Positions 46,093 through 55,715 of a stretch of DNA of 64,000 bases are shown here, in pieces; within the stretch, counting starts at the first letter, position 1; each line of letters starts with the position of its first letter. Origin of the DNA: a virus; the IMG/VR virus record IMGVR_UViG_3300019888_000002, positions 1 to 64,000 of that record; one strand, 5' to 3'. Below the pieces are notes generated by a model that was not told the DNA's origin, made no database searches, and worked only from the letters and a program-made list of their open reading frames with translations. The position numbers and the translations under genes are program-made.

Positions 46093-46818
46093 TCAGCTGT
46101 CGATCAACGGGAAGACATATTCCTCTGACCCCCAGCGTAAAACGATTCGGTCGAAGGTGATCTCTCCCGGGGGTGCCAGCTCCTCGATCGAACCGTCGTA
46201 CTTTGCTGTGAGATGGGGCAGCCATGGCTCGTGCTGCTCAGGAAGAGGCCGGGGGCCGAAGACGGAGACCGTGTGGTTGACGATCTCTTTGAGTGGAGTG
46301 AGCAGAGTGGAGTCGCTGACCAGATAGACAGCACAGGGTTCTTCGGAGGTGGGGTTGAACATGGCATGAGCGAAAAGCTTGGCCGTGATCGTCGGATACA
46401 TCTCCAGCTCGGCATCGAGCCCGGTGAGCAGCTCTCTACACGAGAGCGCGGTGACGTCGGAACCGAAGAAATAGAGCGTGACGTGAAGATCTTCGACCGG
46501 TTCCCCGCCCTCGACGGCATAGTAACGGGCATCCTCGATCCGGGGTATGAGCGCCAACATCCCACCGGTCTTCTTACTCTGCTCGGCGTCGGCAAGATGT
46601 AGCTGTGGTGTGGTCATGAACCCAGTGTCTCTCAGCATCGGAGGATTGGGCTCGAGATCGACATCCTGGGGATAGCCCCCGTGCTCCACGACCCACCCGA
46701 TGATCAGCTCCGCGCGGCGCTCGAAATCGATGCGTTCGTGCTCGGTCAAAGGCTGTTGCGGACAACAGGCTTCACATTGATGAAGGAAAATGGCGAGACG
46801 TCTTTGTAAGTCCGACAT
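46093..46818 (-). CDS. 2H phosphoesterase (2'-5' RNA ligase/LigT/Acb1-like)
   Basis: Two HxT motifs: DLHVTLYF and WLPHLTAKY. Confidence 0.85.
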   Translation of the reverse strand: MSDLQRRLAIFLHQCEACCPQQPLTEHERIDFERRAELIIGWVVEHGGYPQDVDLEPNPPMLRDTGFMTTPQLHLADAEQSKKTGGMLALIPRIEDARYYAVEGGEPVEDLHVTLYFFGSDVTALSCRELLTGLDAELEMYPTITAKLFAHAMFNPTSEEPCAVYLVSDSTLLTPLKEIVNHTVSVFGPRPLPEQHEPWLPHLTAKYDGSIEELAPPGEITFDRIVLRWGSEEYVFPLIDS

Positions 46819-46822
46819 AGCC

Positions 46823-47011
46823 TCAGCTCGGCGAAGCGGTCCGGGTCCTGATCCTGAGCAGAATGTCCATCGGTTTCACCCCGAGAGTGGCACAAAGTTC
46901 GGATACGGCCTGTTTGTAAAGATCGTGCTCAGCGGATAATTCGTCCAATCGGCGGACACACCAGGCGATGGAACCCGAAGACGAACCGGCGTCTCTGTCG
47001 CTACCACACAT
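46823..47011 (-). CDS. Small hypothetical protein, 62 aa
   Basis: Fills the gap in the operon; coiled-coil-like. Confidence 0.4.
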   Translation of the reverse strand: MCGSDRDAGSSSGSIAWCVRRLDELSAEHDLYKQAVSELCATLGVKPMDILLRIRTRTASPS

Positions 47012-47020
47012 GACACAGCC

Positions 47021-47215
47021 CTATGAGATCTCGACCAAGGCGAAAGCTGTCCTGGGATCAAGGCCCAGCATGAGGAAGGATTCCTCGGCCTCCTCCCGAG
47101 TCTTGGAATGAGCACAGACGGTACGGATGGCCTGGCGTTCCTGTTCGGTGGTGGTGGTGGCAGGGTCCACCTCTTCGATCTGATCGGCCAAGACACGATA
47201 CGACATTTGTACCAA
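47021..47215 (-). CDS. Small hypothetical protein, 64 aa
   Basis: Downstream of terminase; helical. Confidence 0.55.
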   Translation of the reverse strand: MVQMSYRVLADQIEEVDPATTTTEQERQAIRTVCAHSKTREEAEESFLMLGLDPRTAFALVEIS

Positions 47216-47272
47216 ACCCTTTCTCCGCTAGGAACTTTCTCTAAGGTAACTCTGCCGCAAGGACTTCGGGGA

Positions 47273-49375
47273 TTAGCGTGTGGTCCGTCGCAGTGGGGTG
47301 AGCCCGGGCTGATCCCCTCCGGAGTGTCTCCCCGAGGACAGGTTCCGCAACCGGTCCCGCGCGCTCCCGGTATTCCAGCCTCGAGTTTGACCGATGGCGC
47401 TTTCCCGGAATTGACCCATCCGTTCCAGTTCATGGCCTGCCCGAAGCGCCGAGACGTTGGACGATCCGACAGACGGAGCGATACCGAGATTCTCCTCGTA
47501 CCATCGGTCCAGGCTGGCACCCAGAAGCTTGTCGGTGACCACCATCAAAGTGTCCGAAAGATCCTTGGTGGTGACCGGTCCGAAGTCTTGCTTGTCGACC
47601 TTTCCGTTGGGCTTCTTCTGAAGAAACTTCAGCTCCATTTCCAGCAGACTGCCGTCTTCCTCATCGAAGAAATTGTCCCGAAAAGAGTGCACCCAGCCAA
47701 GATTGATCGCAGTCTTGAAACGCTCGAACCGACTCTGGTTGTAGGCCGCATTGAAGTTCTCTTCGGAGATACGGATACGCGGGGAGTACTTCTTCCGCAG
47801 CGCTGCGATGAATCCGGCCGAGTTCCACTGGTCGAAGCTCATGTGCGTGGTCGAGGGAAAACGCTCCAGGATATCGTCCAGCTCTTCGCCGATCTCGACA
47901 TAGTCGACGGTGTGGTCCTCGAAATTCTCCGGTTTCCACACGTGCATGAAGTCGACCACGACATGGGGCCAGACGGTACCGTTCTTGTCGGCCGGACCGT
48001 CCTCGAGGTGGGCGATCGTGATGGCGAAATTGGCGTTGGTCGTAGAAGGGTCGACGTGGATGCGGTAGGGGATGTCCATCCGGCCACGCGAGACGGACTC
48101 GAGTACCCGGCCCTCGAACGGGTCGAAGATGGCCTCGACCTTGCGAGGGTTGAGGTAGGCGTCGAGTACCGAGGCGAACTGAGCCTTACGCTCGACCGCG
48201 AACTTGTCCGGGCTGGTCAGCTCGAGCCGTTTCATGCGCTCGTCGTACGCCTGAATCGGCCGTTTGATCTTCGGTCCGCCGAGGCTCTCGGACTTCTCGT
48301 AGTCCTCGTAGAGCCCCCAGCTCGGCAACTGGACCACCAACATCTCGGGGTTGGCGGTCAACTCCACCAGCCGCTGTGCCTGTTCGTCCCGGGTGGTGCC
48401 CAGCTCCTTGGCCGTCTTCATCTCGATACGATGGGTATCGGTCTCGGGATCGTAAGTGCTCATCAGCACCTGACCCTCTTTGTAGAGGCTGTACGCCTTA
48501 CCCGTCTTCGTGAACGGACTCGAGGGGATGTACGTCAGGGAGTCCTTGCCGAACTGATCCAGCGAGGGCTGGTACGCCTCGTAGATCTCCTCGCTCGACT
48601 TCTGTGACCCGGTACCGGACACCATATGTGCGAATTCGTCGTAGAAATTGGCAAAGCCCGTACCGCCACGGCCGGAGGACGAATTGGACGACATTGCCAC
48701 CACTCGTAACGAAGCCACCACATGGTCGATCGGCATCCTCTTGGCCCGCATGTAGGCCAACCGTCGGGAATCGGCCGGTGTCCGGATGGCCACCTCCGAA
48801 GCGCTGGAGAGGACCAGAGCGCGCTCGAGGTATTTACAGGATTCGATAGTCTCCCGGATATCGGCGAACTGGAACTTCTTGGCCTGGTTCTGGCTGGTGG
48901 CCACCACCGAGGCATAGCCGTCCTTGCCCCGGGCGATGCCGTAATGCTCCTGCCAGTTGTCCAGGGAGTACATCTGAGCGACCTTCTCGGCCCCGAGAAC
49001 ACCCCCGATCAGACCTTTGGAGCCACGGCGGCCGACGAGCGACTCGATGTGCGGGAAATGCCGGTAGCCGCGCTCCTTGAGGTAATGCACACGCTCCCAG
49101 ATGTCCTCCTGGACGCCAGCGACCTCAGAGGTGTCCCTCCACCCCTCTCGCCACCCTTCGATCACGTCCACGTCGTACGCGGTCATGTTCTCGGTCTCGA
49201 GATAGATCAGCCGGAGCAGCGTGATCTGACGGGGGTAGAGCCGGAGCCCACAGAAGCTGGAGTGCGTGGCGAACGTGGTGATGTTGTCCCAGGGCAACGA
49301 GACGTCCTGATTCAGTTCGTTGTGGAACTCACTGATCAGATCGAACGGAGCTGTCGTCGTTCCGTTGCGGGGCAT
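47273..49375 (-). CDS. terL: Terminase large subunit
   Basis: Q motif LYPRQ, Walker A VGRRGSKG, Walker B FYDEFAH, RNase H-like IHVDPS, FDQWNS, KDLSD. Confidence 0.92.
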   Translation of the reverse strand: MPRNGTTTAPFDLISEFHNELNQDVSLPWDNITTFATHSSFCGLRLYPRQITLLRLIYLETENMTAYDVDVIEGWREGWRDTSEVAGVQEDIWERVHYLKERGYRHFPHIESLVGRRGSKGLIGGVLGAEKVAQMYSLDNWQEHYGIARGKDGYASVVATSQNQAKKFQFADIRETIESCKYLERALVLSSASEVAIRTPADSRRLAYMRAKRMPIDHVVASLRVVAMSSNSSSGRGGTGFANFYDEFAHMVSGTGSQKSSEEIYEAYQPSLDQFGKDSLTYIPSSPFTKTGKAYSLYKEGQVLMSTYDPETDTHRIEMKTAKELGTTRDEQAQRLVELTANPEMLVVQLPSWGLYEDYEKSESLGGPKIKRPIQAYDERMKRLELTSPDKFAVERKAQFASVLDAYLNPRKVEAIFDPFEGRVLESVSRGRMDIPYRIHVDPSTTNANFAITIAHLEDGPADKNGTVWPHVVVDFMHVWKPENFEDHTVDYVEIGEELDDILERFPSTTHMSFDQWNSAGFIAALRKKYSPRIRISEENFNAAYNQSRFERFKTAINLGWVHSFRDNFFDEEDGSLLEMELKFLQKKPNGKVDKQDFGPVTTKDLSDTLMVVTDKLLGASLDRWYEENLGIAPSVGSSNVSALRAGHELERMGQFRESAIGQTRGWNTGSARDRLRNLSSGRHSGGDQPGLTPLRRTTR

Positions 49376-49403
49376 TCGTTGTTTGTACCACTTCCGTGCT
49401 AGA

Positions 49404-50051
49404 TCAGGAGACAGGTGTCGGCGAGGAATCCCCCGGTGAAGTGCTTTCCACCGGGCTCGGCGCTGGTGACAGCGTTGCCACTGTCACCGAGGTCTGCTCG
49501 GGAGTGGTGACGACGGTGGTTGTGGCTTGAGTGGTCTGAACAGTGCTCTGCTCGGGTGGGGACGTTGTCTCTGTGGTGGTGACGACCGGAGGGGGCGACG
49601 ATCTCGTCACCGTGCTCGAGGTGGGCACCGAGACCGAACTACCAGTCTGTTGCGGAGGAAGGGGAGGTGGGGGAGACAGCGAACTGCTGCCCCCACCGAG
49701 CACGACACACGCCGGTCCGGAGATCACCTCGGCGAGGCATCCGTTGTAGACCTTCACGTCTTCGGCCGTGGACAGCCTCGAGCGAGGATCATCCGGAGGG
49801 AAAGCGTTCGGGTTCAGGGCTACCGGGTTCCCGTCGGGGTTGAGGACATCGGGACGACGCGCTGCCGACGGGGGAACTGTGGTTGTGGTGGGGGAGGGCC
49901 GGACCTTGGTGCCATCCGAGGAATCGTTCGCCGGAGGCGAGTAGCTGAAGACGAAGACGATCAGCATGACGAAGAGTAACGAGAAACTCCCCACCACCCA
50001 GATCACCAACCATGGGCTGACAGGGGGTGTCGACTCCTTCTCCGGGATCAC
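49404..50051 (-). CDS. Membrane-anchored protein with Pro/Thr/Ser-rich extracellular tail
   Basis: N-terminal TM helix; two Cys; mucin-like C-terminus. Confidence 0.7.
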   Translation of the reverse strand: MIPEKESTPPVSPWLVIWVVGSFSLLFVMLIVFVFSYSPPANDSSDGTKVRPSPTTTTVPPSAARRPDVLNPDGNPVALNPNAFPPDDPRSRLSTAEDVKVYNGCLAEVISGPACVVLGGGSSSLSPPPPLPPQQTGSSVSVPTSSTVTRSSPPPVVTTTETTSPPEQSTVQTTQATTTVVTTPEQTSVTVATLSPAPSPVESTSPGDSSPTPVS

Positions 50052-50061
50052 AAACCTCGCC

Positions 50062-50667
50062 TCAGTCGCAGTGGATATCCGGGATCGGGTGGTCCTTCTG
50101 GTCCTGCGTCAACGCTGTCCGCTGTTGGCCCGTCGCCAGAGTATCGGTGTGGTATCGGTCGAACAGCGCTCTTATCTCGGCCTGAGCGTCCTGTCTTCCC
50201 AGGTAGGGGATGACTCCGAAGACGAGAGCCGAGATGTTCTGGGCGTCCTGAGCGTTGACCATGTTGATCCTGGCGTCGATCGACTGTTGTGCGATAAGCG
50301 CGACCTTGACCTCCTGATTGCACGCGGCCTGCGCTTGCACGCTGTTGCTTTGCCGGTTGAGGGCGAAGCCGCTGATCACGATCGAGACCGCCGAGATGAT
50401 CAGAATGATCACCAGCATTGCCGTCTGGCCGTTCTCCCACCTCCGAGTTTTCGCCTGCAATTCGCCGGTCAGTATCTCCGCCGCGCGAGTCTCCTTCTCG
50501 GAGGCCCGGGTTTCCTTCTCCGAGGCCCGAGTCTGTGTCTCGGAGGCCCGAGTCTCCTGCTCCGAGGCCCGAGTCTGCGCCTCCGATGCGCGGGCTGTCT
50601 GGTCCGACATCTTCTGCCGCAACCTGTCCTCTTCGTTGAACACAAATCCGCCTTCTTCATTCGTCAT
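50062..50667 (-). CDS. Single-TM lysis-cassette membrane protein with heptad-repeat N-terminus
   Basis: (Q/E)TRASE heptads, TM helix, QAACNQE...KDHPIPDIHC. Confidence 0.75.
   Translation of the reverse strand: MTNEEGGFVFNEEDRLRQKMSDQTARASEAQTRASEQETRASETQTRASEKETRASEKETRAAEILTGELQAKTRRWENGQTAMLVIILIISAVSIVISGFALNRQSNSVQAQAACNQEVKVALIAQQSIDARINMVNAQDAQNISALVFGVIPYLGRQDAQAEIRALFDRYHTDTLATGQQRTALTQDQKDHPIPDIHCD
50480..50596. repeat. 21-bp tandem repeat (~5-6 copies) encoding (Q/E)TRASEx
   Basis: gaggcccgagtct... recurs with period 21. Confidence 0.85.
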
Positions 50668-50682
50668 TTACGGAGCACCCTG

Positions 50683-51216
50683 CTATTGAGGTGGCTGAGC
50701 GTAGTTCGGCGTGATCTTGAGTCGGGCCACGTACGAAATCGCCGTCTGGATGACCGTCTTCGCGACCAGGATCGCCAACACGCTCCACGCGGCCTTGTTG
50801 AAGAAATCGAAGCCCGTCCCCGACGTCAGCACGAGGCCGAACACCGACAGCAACGCGAACCCGATGTCGATGCCGAGGCCCTGCACGAACGTGCGGAAGC
50901 TCCGGTTCCTGGCCGACGCGATGGTCAGCTCCTTGCCGGTGACCGTGGTCCCGGTGATGTTCGGGACGACGCCGGGAAGCCCCTGTCCGGTCAACTCACC
51001 CATGCCGACCTGCTGCACGTAGCCAGCCACCTGAGCCTGAAGAGCCGGTTGCTGCGCCTTGATCTCGTCGCGTGCCGCCGTGGCGGCCTCCGCGCGGACG
51101 GATTCCCAGAATGAGACCTTGCCCTCGCCGGGTATGTGCTGCCCCGGTGTGTCGGGATTGGCCACACCGATCAGCTCGGGAGGCGGAGAAGGTGTCGAAT
51201 CCTTCGGCGTGCTCAT
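50683..51216 (-). CDS. Holin (putative)
   Basis: Directly after the lysins; C-terminal RTFVQGL... two-TM domain typical of actinophage holins. Confidence 0.75.
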   Translation of the reverse strand: MSTPKDSTPSPPPELIGVANPDTPGQHIPGEGKVSFWESVRAEAATAARDEIKAQQPALQAQVAGYVQQVGMGELTGQGLPGVVPNITGTTVTGKELTIASARNRSFRTFVQGLGIDIGFALLSVFGLVLTSGTGFDFFNKAAWSVLAILVAKTVIQTAISYVARLKITPNYAQPPQ

Positions 51217-52553
51217 TTGGTCATCTCCTTCACTACGGCATCGTGTTCGGCCACCGTGAGCGGAGAACCTTTCTCGGCGGCCTTGCGCAGCAACGCGAGC
51301 ACGATGTTCAACTCACCGCGTGCGGACAGAATGTGGCCGAAGGCGTCGTCGTCCTGTGCCGGGGTGACGGGACGCTTGATCGTGCCCTCGCCCCACACCC
51401 TCAGCCGCTTGGTGGTCTTCCACAGCACCTTCGCGAATGCGCCACGCAGGCTGAGCTTGTCGCCCTGCTCGTTCTCCTGCAACGGCAGACCCGCGCTCGC
51501 CGACAACTCCGAGGCGATGTTCTGGAGAGATTCCTCTGCGGTCATGGTGGTGATTCCTTTCGATGGGGTTGCGTTCTGAGCTGGGGGTGCCACGACGCGA
51601 GGTAACGAACCCCGCACCTGCATGACGTGATAGGGATCGGCGTTGTCTCCCCACTGACTGATCGAATAATGCAGGTTGTCCATCGTGGAGAGCGGGTGAA
51701 AGAAGCCCCCGTAGAGCCGGGGGAACTGCACTCCGGTGGCGAGATCGTGCCGTGGTGCGGTGTAGGCGTTCCCGGTGGGTCCGTCGAGCACTCTGCCGGT
51801 GACCGCGTAGCGAGTGGGCTCGAATACCGAGATGACCCAGTTGCCCTCGATCTTGCGCCAGTGCGGCTCACCGAAAATTCCGGTGATGATGGGTGACGGT
51901 GGCCGTCCCCATTTCCAGTCCCGAGAATCCTTGTCGTAGCCCCAGCCCTCATAGGTGCTCAGGTCACTGAGCGACCCCACCGGAGCCCGCTGAATGAAGA
52001 GGCCATCGGCCAGGTGCCGTCCGTTCGACGTGGACAGGCAGTAGGCGTAGTTGCCGTCCACGATCCACGACTGCATCTGGAAGATGTCGCTGTGCACGAG
52101 GTTGTTGTTCCACAGCTTGTGATCGTCCCAGGTCTCGCCCCGGTCGGCCGAGAAGGCCAGGCCAGCGTAGTTCGTCTCCCAGGTGCCGTGATCCCAGTTG
52201 TTGACGCTCATGTAGCTCATGCAGAAGATGCCGTCGACCACGAACACGTCGGTCGGAATCTTGGTGACCTCGCCCTCGTACCACTTCTGATGCGCGTTCG
52301 GGAGTAGCTCCCTCCCTCCCGCCAGAGCCCGGTCGAAGGTGATACCGGAGTCGAGGTCCGTCGCGGTGGACACCAGACCCACCGGAGAACGCCACCATCC
52401 CGGCCTGCCGACGTTGTCCTCGAACGAGTCGCCGAACAGGGCACCGAACTCGCCATTTCCCATGTCCCACCAGATACCAAGATCGGTACCGCCGAGACCC
52501 AAGGTCTTCGGCCTGACGTCACTGCCCACGAGGGTCTTGATCAGGTCGCTCAT
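51213..52553 (-). CDS. DUF4185/GH183 endo-D-arabinanase-like lysis protein (start revised to ATG 52553)
   Basis: GGTDLGI...LFGDSF...WRSPV, KIPTD, MSYMSVNNW, LYGGF motifs; ATGA overlap with the lysin stop. Confidence 0.85.
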   Translation of the reverse strand: MSDLIKTLVGSDVRPKTLGLGGTDLGIWWDMGNGEFGALFGDSFEDNVGRPGWWRSPVGLVSTATDLDSGITFDRALAGGRELLPNAHQKWYEGEVTKIPTDVFVVDGIFCMSYMSVNNWDHGTWETNYAGLAFSADRGETWDDHKLWNNNLVHSDIFQMQSWIVDGNYAYCLSTSNGRHLADGLFIQRAPVGSLSDLSTYEGWGYDKDSRDWKWGRPPSPIITGIFGEPHWRKIEGNWVISVFEPTRYAVTGRVLDGPTGNAYTAPRHDLATGVQFPRLYGGFFHPLSTMDNLHYSISQWGDNADPYHVMQVRGSLPRVVAPPAQNATPSKGITTMTAEESLQNIASELSASAGLPLQENEQGDKLSLRGAFAKVLWKTTKRLRVWGEGTIKRPVTPAQDDDAFGHILSARGELNIVLALLRKAAEKGSPLTVAEHDAVVKEMTK

Positions 52554-54124
52554 GGCAGGAACTGCCTCTCGATCAACTCGACCAATTTCTCCTCGATCGA
52601 AGTCACTGCCGGAGCCGGTGAAGAGGTCGGCGTAGCTCCTGGCGCGGACTGAGCAGGCGTTTCTCCTGGCGTCGGCGGTGCCTGAGCTGGCGCTGCGATA
52701 GATACCGGCGCGGGAGCCAGACTCGGCGCTGCATCGTTGACACCCCACGCCGACAGCCACACATGCAGCGGCATCTTGGAAACATTCATGTCGGTAGGAC
52801 CGAATGGAGCGGTGTCTTCGGAGTCGGTGTACTGATGACCGAATATCGGGTCCGGGCTGTCGGGCTCGTTGTCGGCCCCGTTGTAGGCAGGCACGACGAG
52901 CTTGATGCCGTTGGGCCTTGTTTGCCACAACTCCGCGTTGGAGTTGAAGTTGAGGTATCCCGCCGTCGCCTGTGGGTTCTTGAAATAGTCGTTGATCTTC
53001 GAGATCAGCTCGTTGACCTCCGCGCTCTGGTCGCCGGAGATGCCCCACTTGGCCCCGCCGTCTTCGACGTCGACCATCGCGCACAATTCGGCGAACACCC
53101 CACCTGTTTGCGTGATGACCCCGGTGAACGTGCCGAGGTTGTCGACTCCTGGAACGAAGAAGTGATAGCCGATGACCTTCTGGAGCTTCCCCCTCGATAC
53201 GGCATCGCGTGCCTTCTGCATCTGCTCGACAGCGTGCTCGTCCACGGTATCGCCGATGGAGAGCCGGAACGCGATGACCGGATAGGGGTAGGAATCGTCC
53301 AGGAAGGCGTCCTGATACTGGCTGTAGTCGCCCCACTTGACCACGACCGGCTCGGGGTCCGAGATAACGGAGAGCGGGGCCTTGAGTCGCCAACCGTCCT
53401 TGATGACCGCGTCCCATTCCCACGATCCGACGTGACCGTGCGGTGCCCAGCCCTTGTCGAGCTGAAGCAGAGTCGCGGCCTTCGAGGTGGCACCGTCGTT
53501 CCATTTCTTGGTGACCGGCAGACCGAGAGCCTCCTGCCAGCGGCCCAAGCCATCCTTGGCCGCCTGCGAATCTCCACGCCACTCACCCGAGACGGACTCG
53601 TCGGGACCATCCTGCGGCCCGTAGTAATAACCGAGCGGTAGCGGAAACTCGTTGGGGTCCGCAGCGGCCCAGATGTTGAGGTAGCCACCCTGTAGCTTCG
53701 CGGCGAACGGAGCGATCTGTTCCGCGTTGCCCTGAATCTGGAAGTGCATTTCGTCGGGACGATCCCAATCCCGGCCCCAGAACACCGTGCCCTCGAACAG
53801 TGCGAGACCGACACGAATCTTGTCGATCATCCACTGCGGCATGGTGTATTCCTGCCAGGGCCACTGACTGGAGTTGATGTCCATCGCGGTGCCCGAGAGG
53901 TGGTTGGAATTCCAGACGGTATTCGTCCGACTCCAACCCCATTCGTCGCGCTCACCTTGATCTATCGGTGCGACGTTGCGGTGATACCAGGCTGCGAACC
54001 CCTTGAGAATGGTGGTGACATCACCCTGAAGAATCTCGCAGACAGCATTGGTGCCGGGAATCAGTCCCCGATCCAACACATCGGAATCGCATTGATCCCA
54101 ACCGTTCTCGGTCACAATAGTCAC
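52550..54124 (-). CDS. lysA: Endolysin (LysA): M15-type peptidase, PG-binding region, GH25 muramidase
   Basis: SNHLSGTAMD and DEMHFQ (M15), DYSQYQ...VDVEDGG (GH25). Confidence 0.9.
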   Translation of the reverse strand: MTIVTENGWDQCDSDVLDRGLIPGTNAVCEILQGDVTTILKGFAAWYHRNVAPIDQGERDEWGWSRTNTVWNSNHLSGTAMDINSSQWPWQEYTMPQWMIDKIRVGLALFEGTVFWGRDWDRPDEMHFQIQGNAEQIAPFAAKLQGGYLNIWAAADPNEFPLPLGYYYGPQDGPDESVSGEWRGDSQAAKDGLGRWQEALGLPVTKKWNDGATSKAATLLQLDKGWAPHGHVGSWEWDAVIKDGWRLKAPLSVISDPEPVVVKWGDYSQYQDAFLDDSYPYPVIAFRLSIGDTVDEHAVEQMQKARDAVSRGKLQKVIGYHFFVPGVDNLGTFTGVITQTGGVFAELCAMVDVEDGGAKWGISGDQSAEVNELISKINDYFKNPQATAGYLNFNSNAELWQTRPNGIKLVVPAYNGADNEPDSPDPIFGHQYTDSEDTAPFGPTDMNVSKMPLHVWLSAWGVNDAAPSLAPAPVSIAAPAQAPPTPGETPAQSAPGATPTSSPAPAVTSIEEKLVELIERQFLP

Positions 54125-54215
54125 GCGATATCCACCCTCTCTCGGTCTGCCCTTCTCTCTTTCTCGGGAGTTAGTGAGCAGATCACATCAGCTCCCTCGA
54201 ACGACACACCCTCTG

Positions 54216-54962
54216 TCAACCGATCTTCACGAGATACACCACTGCCGTTACCAGGTACCCGGTAGCGCCGAAGGTCACCGACGTCCCCGAATTGTTGAAC
54301 GGCTCCACGATGTTCAACGAAATATTCGGGGTACTGGCCCCCGAATACGAAGTCGGCGGATTACCGGACTGAGATGTGATGTCCGGGGCCGGATGAAGCG
54401 AGACCGCCTGATATCCGTTGTAGGCGAAACCCCAACCGAACCCGATCAAGGTGCCGCTGAGCCTGGCTTCGAGACAGGGCCTGGTCGAGCCCGCCCCGCT
54501 GATGATCGCCGAGGCGAAGATGAGCGGTCGCCAGGAGAATCCGGGAGCCGAGAGAGTCCAGTTCGCGATGGTGAAGGAACCACCCTGTCCGGCCGTACCC
54601 GTCGTGCGGGAGGTCGTACCGAACGGACCCTGAATGTTCCCCGCCCCGAACGCGGGAATCTGCGCAACGGGAATCTTGGAACCGGAATCGAGACTGGCGA
54701 CCCCGTTGGCGGCCGCCTTCTGCGCATTGGGAATCAGCAATCCGTCTTGTTGCTGGTAATAAGCGGGGGTGGCAGCATTGTTGTCTGCGGCGTCCACATA
54801 ATCCGTACGCGCGAGCCCGGTGACCCCGGTAGCCACCTTGTTGTCGACATAGGAACGCTGGGTCCCTCCGGCAAAAGTATTGTCGATAGCAAGGCGTCTG
54901 GTGATGTCGGTAGTCGCAGTGGGAGCCTTACCTGTGTACTTTAACGAAGACGTTTCACTCAC
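54216..54962 (-). CDS. Minor tail/fibre protein, paralog 3
   Basis: MSETSSLKYTGKA N-terminus; GVASLDSGSKIP fibre motif. Confidence 0.75.
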   Translation of the reverse strand: MSETSSLKYTGKAPTATTDITRRLAIDNTFAGGTQRSYVDNKVATGVTGLARTDYVDAADNNAATPAYYQQQDGLLIPNAQKAAANGVASLDSGSKIPVAQIPAFGAGNIQGPFGTTSRTTGTAGQGGSFTIANWTLSAPGFSWRPLIFASAIISGAGSTRPCLEARLSGTLIGFGWGFAYNGYQAVSLHPAPDITSQSGNPPTSYSGASTPNISLNIVEPFNNSGTSVTFGATGYLVTAVVYLVKIG

Positions 54963-54968
54963 CTCCCT

Positions 54969-55712
54969 TTACAGCGACGGCAGTAGTAGCGCATAGAAAA
55001 TGAAACCTGTGCTCTGGAAATAAAAGGTTCCACTCCCGGAATACAGCGACAGCCACAATTCCAGTGTCCTTCCGCCACTCAGTCCATAAGCCGCCTGTGC
55101 AGCCGCTGCGTACGGCATGACCTGGTAGCTCTGAATATTGGTGTTGTCCCCGGTAACACCTACGCCAGTCCACCCGTTGTTCGAGGGGTCGAGAATGACA
55201 CCCTGGCCCCAATTGCCTGCCGCCGAGGCGAACCCTCGCAACGTGGCGAACGAGAACATCACATACGGCCAACCGGGATCGGGAACCGTCAGGCTGGCTG
55301 CCCGATAGGTCTTCGTCGTCGTACTGGACACCCCTTGCGTACCGCTGAGATATTGCGTTCCGGTGGCGGCAACAACTATGGAGCGGTCGGGTATGGACGT
55401 TGGCACCTGCGCGGCCGGGACCAGATTGTCCGCGCCGAGGGACGCTATGCCGCTCGCGGCTCCGCGCGCCGTCGCCAGGAGATATCCGTTGTCCGCCGTG
55501 TCGACTGCGGTCTTCTTGGCCTTGGTGTTGTCCTGGGTGTCGACATAGGTCTTGAGCGCGAGAACGCCGGTTTGCGCTGCCACAGCCGAATTGACGTACG
55601 CCTGATTGACACCGGTCGTGGCGAATCGATCGTCTACGGTCTGTTTACTCGAGATCGAAAAGTCGGAATCGGCTGCTTTCCCGACATATTTAAGTGACGA
55701 CGTTTCACTCAC
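54969..55712 (-). CDS. Minor tail/fibre protein, paralog 2
   Basis: MSETSSLKYVGKA N-terminus; GIASLGADNLVP. Confidence 0.75.
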   Translation of the reverse strand: MSETSSLKYVGKAADSDFSISSKQTVDDRFATTGVNQAYVNSAVAAQTGVLALKTYVDTQDNTKAKKTAVDTADNGYLLATARGAASGIASLGADNLVPAAQVPTSIPDRSIVVAATGTQYLSGTQGVSSTTTKTYRAASLTVPDPGWPYVMFSFATLRGFASAAGNWGQGVILDPSNNGWTGVGVTGDNTNIQSYQVMPYAAAAQAAYGLSGGRTLELWLSLYSGSGTFYFQSTGFIFYALLLPSL

Positions 55713-55715
55713 CCC

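Noticed and set aside
47273-49375. Intein in terminase or portal
   Set aside because: No C/S...HN-C/S/T junctions or LAGLIDADG blocks; ATPase and nuclease motifs are contiguous
52553-53582. N-terminal 340 aa of track ORF 51213..53582
   Set aside because: Overlaps the lysin in another frame and is Arg/Gly-rich nonsense; the real start is ATG 52553 (ATGA coupling)
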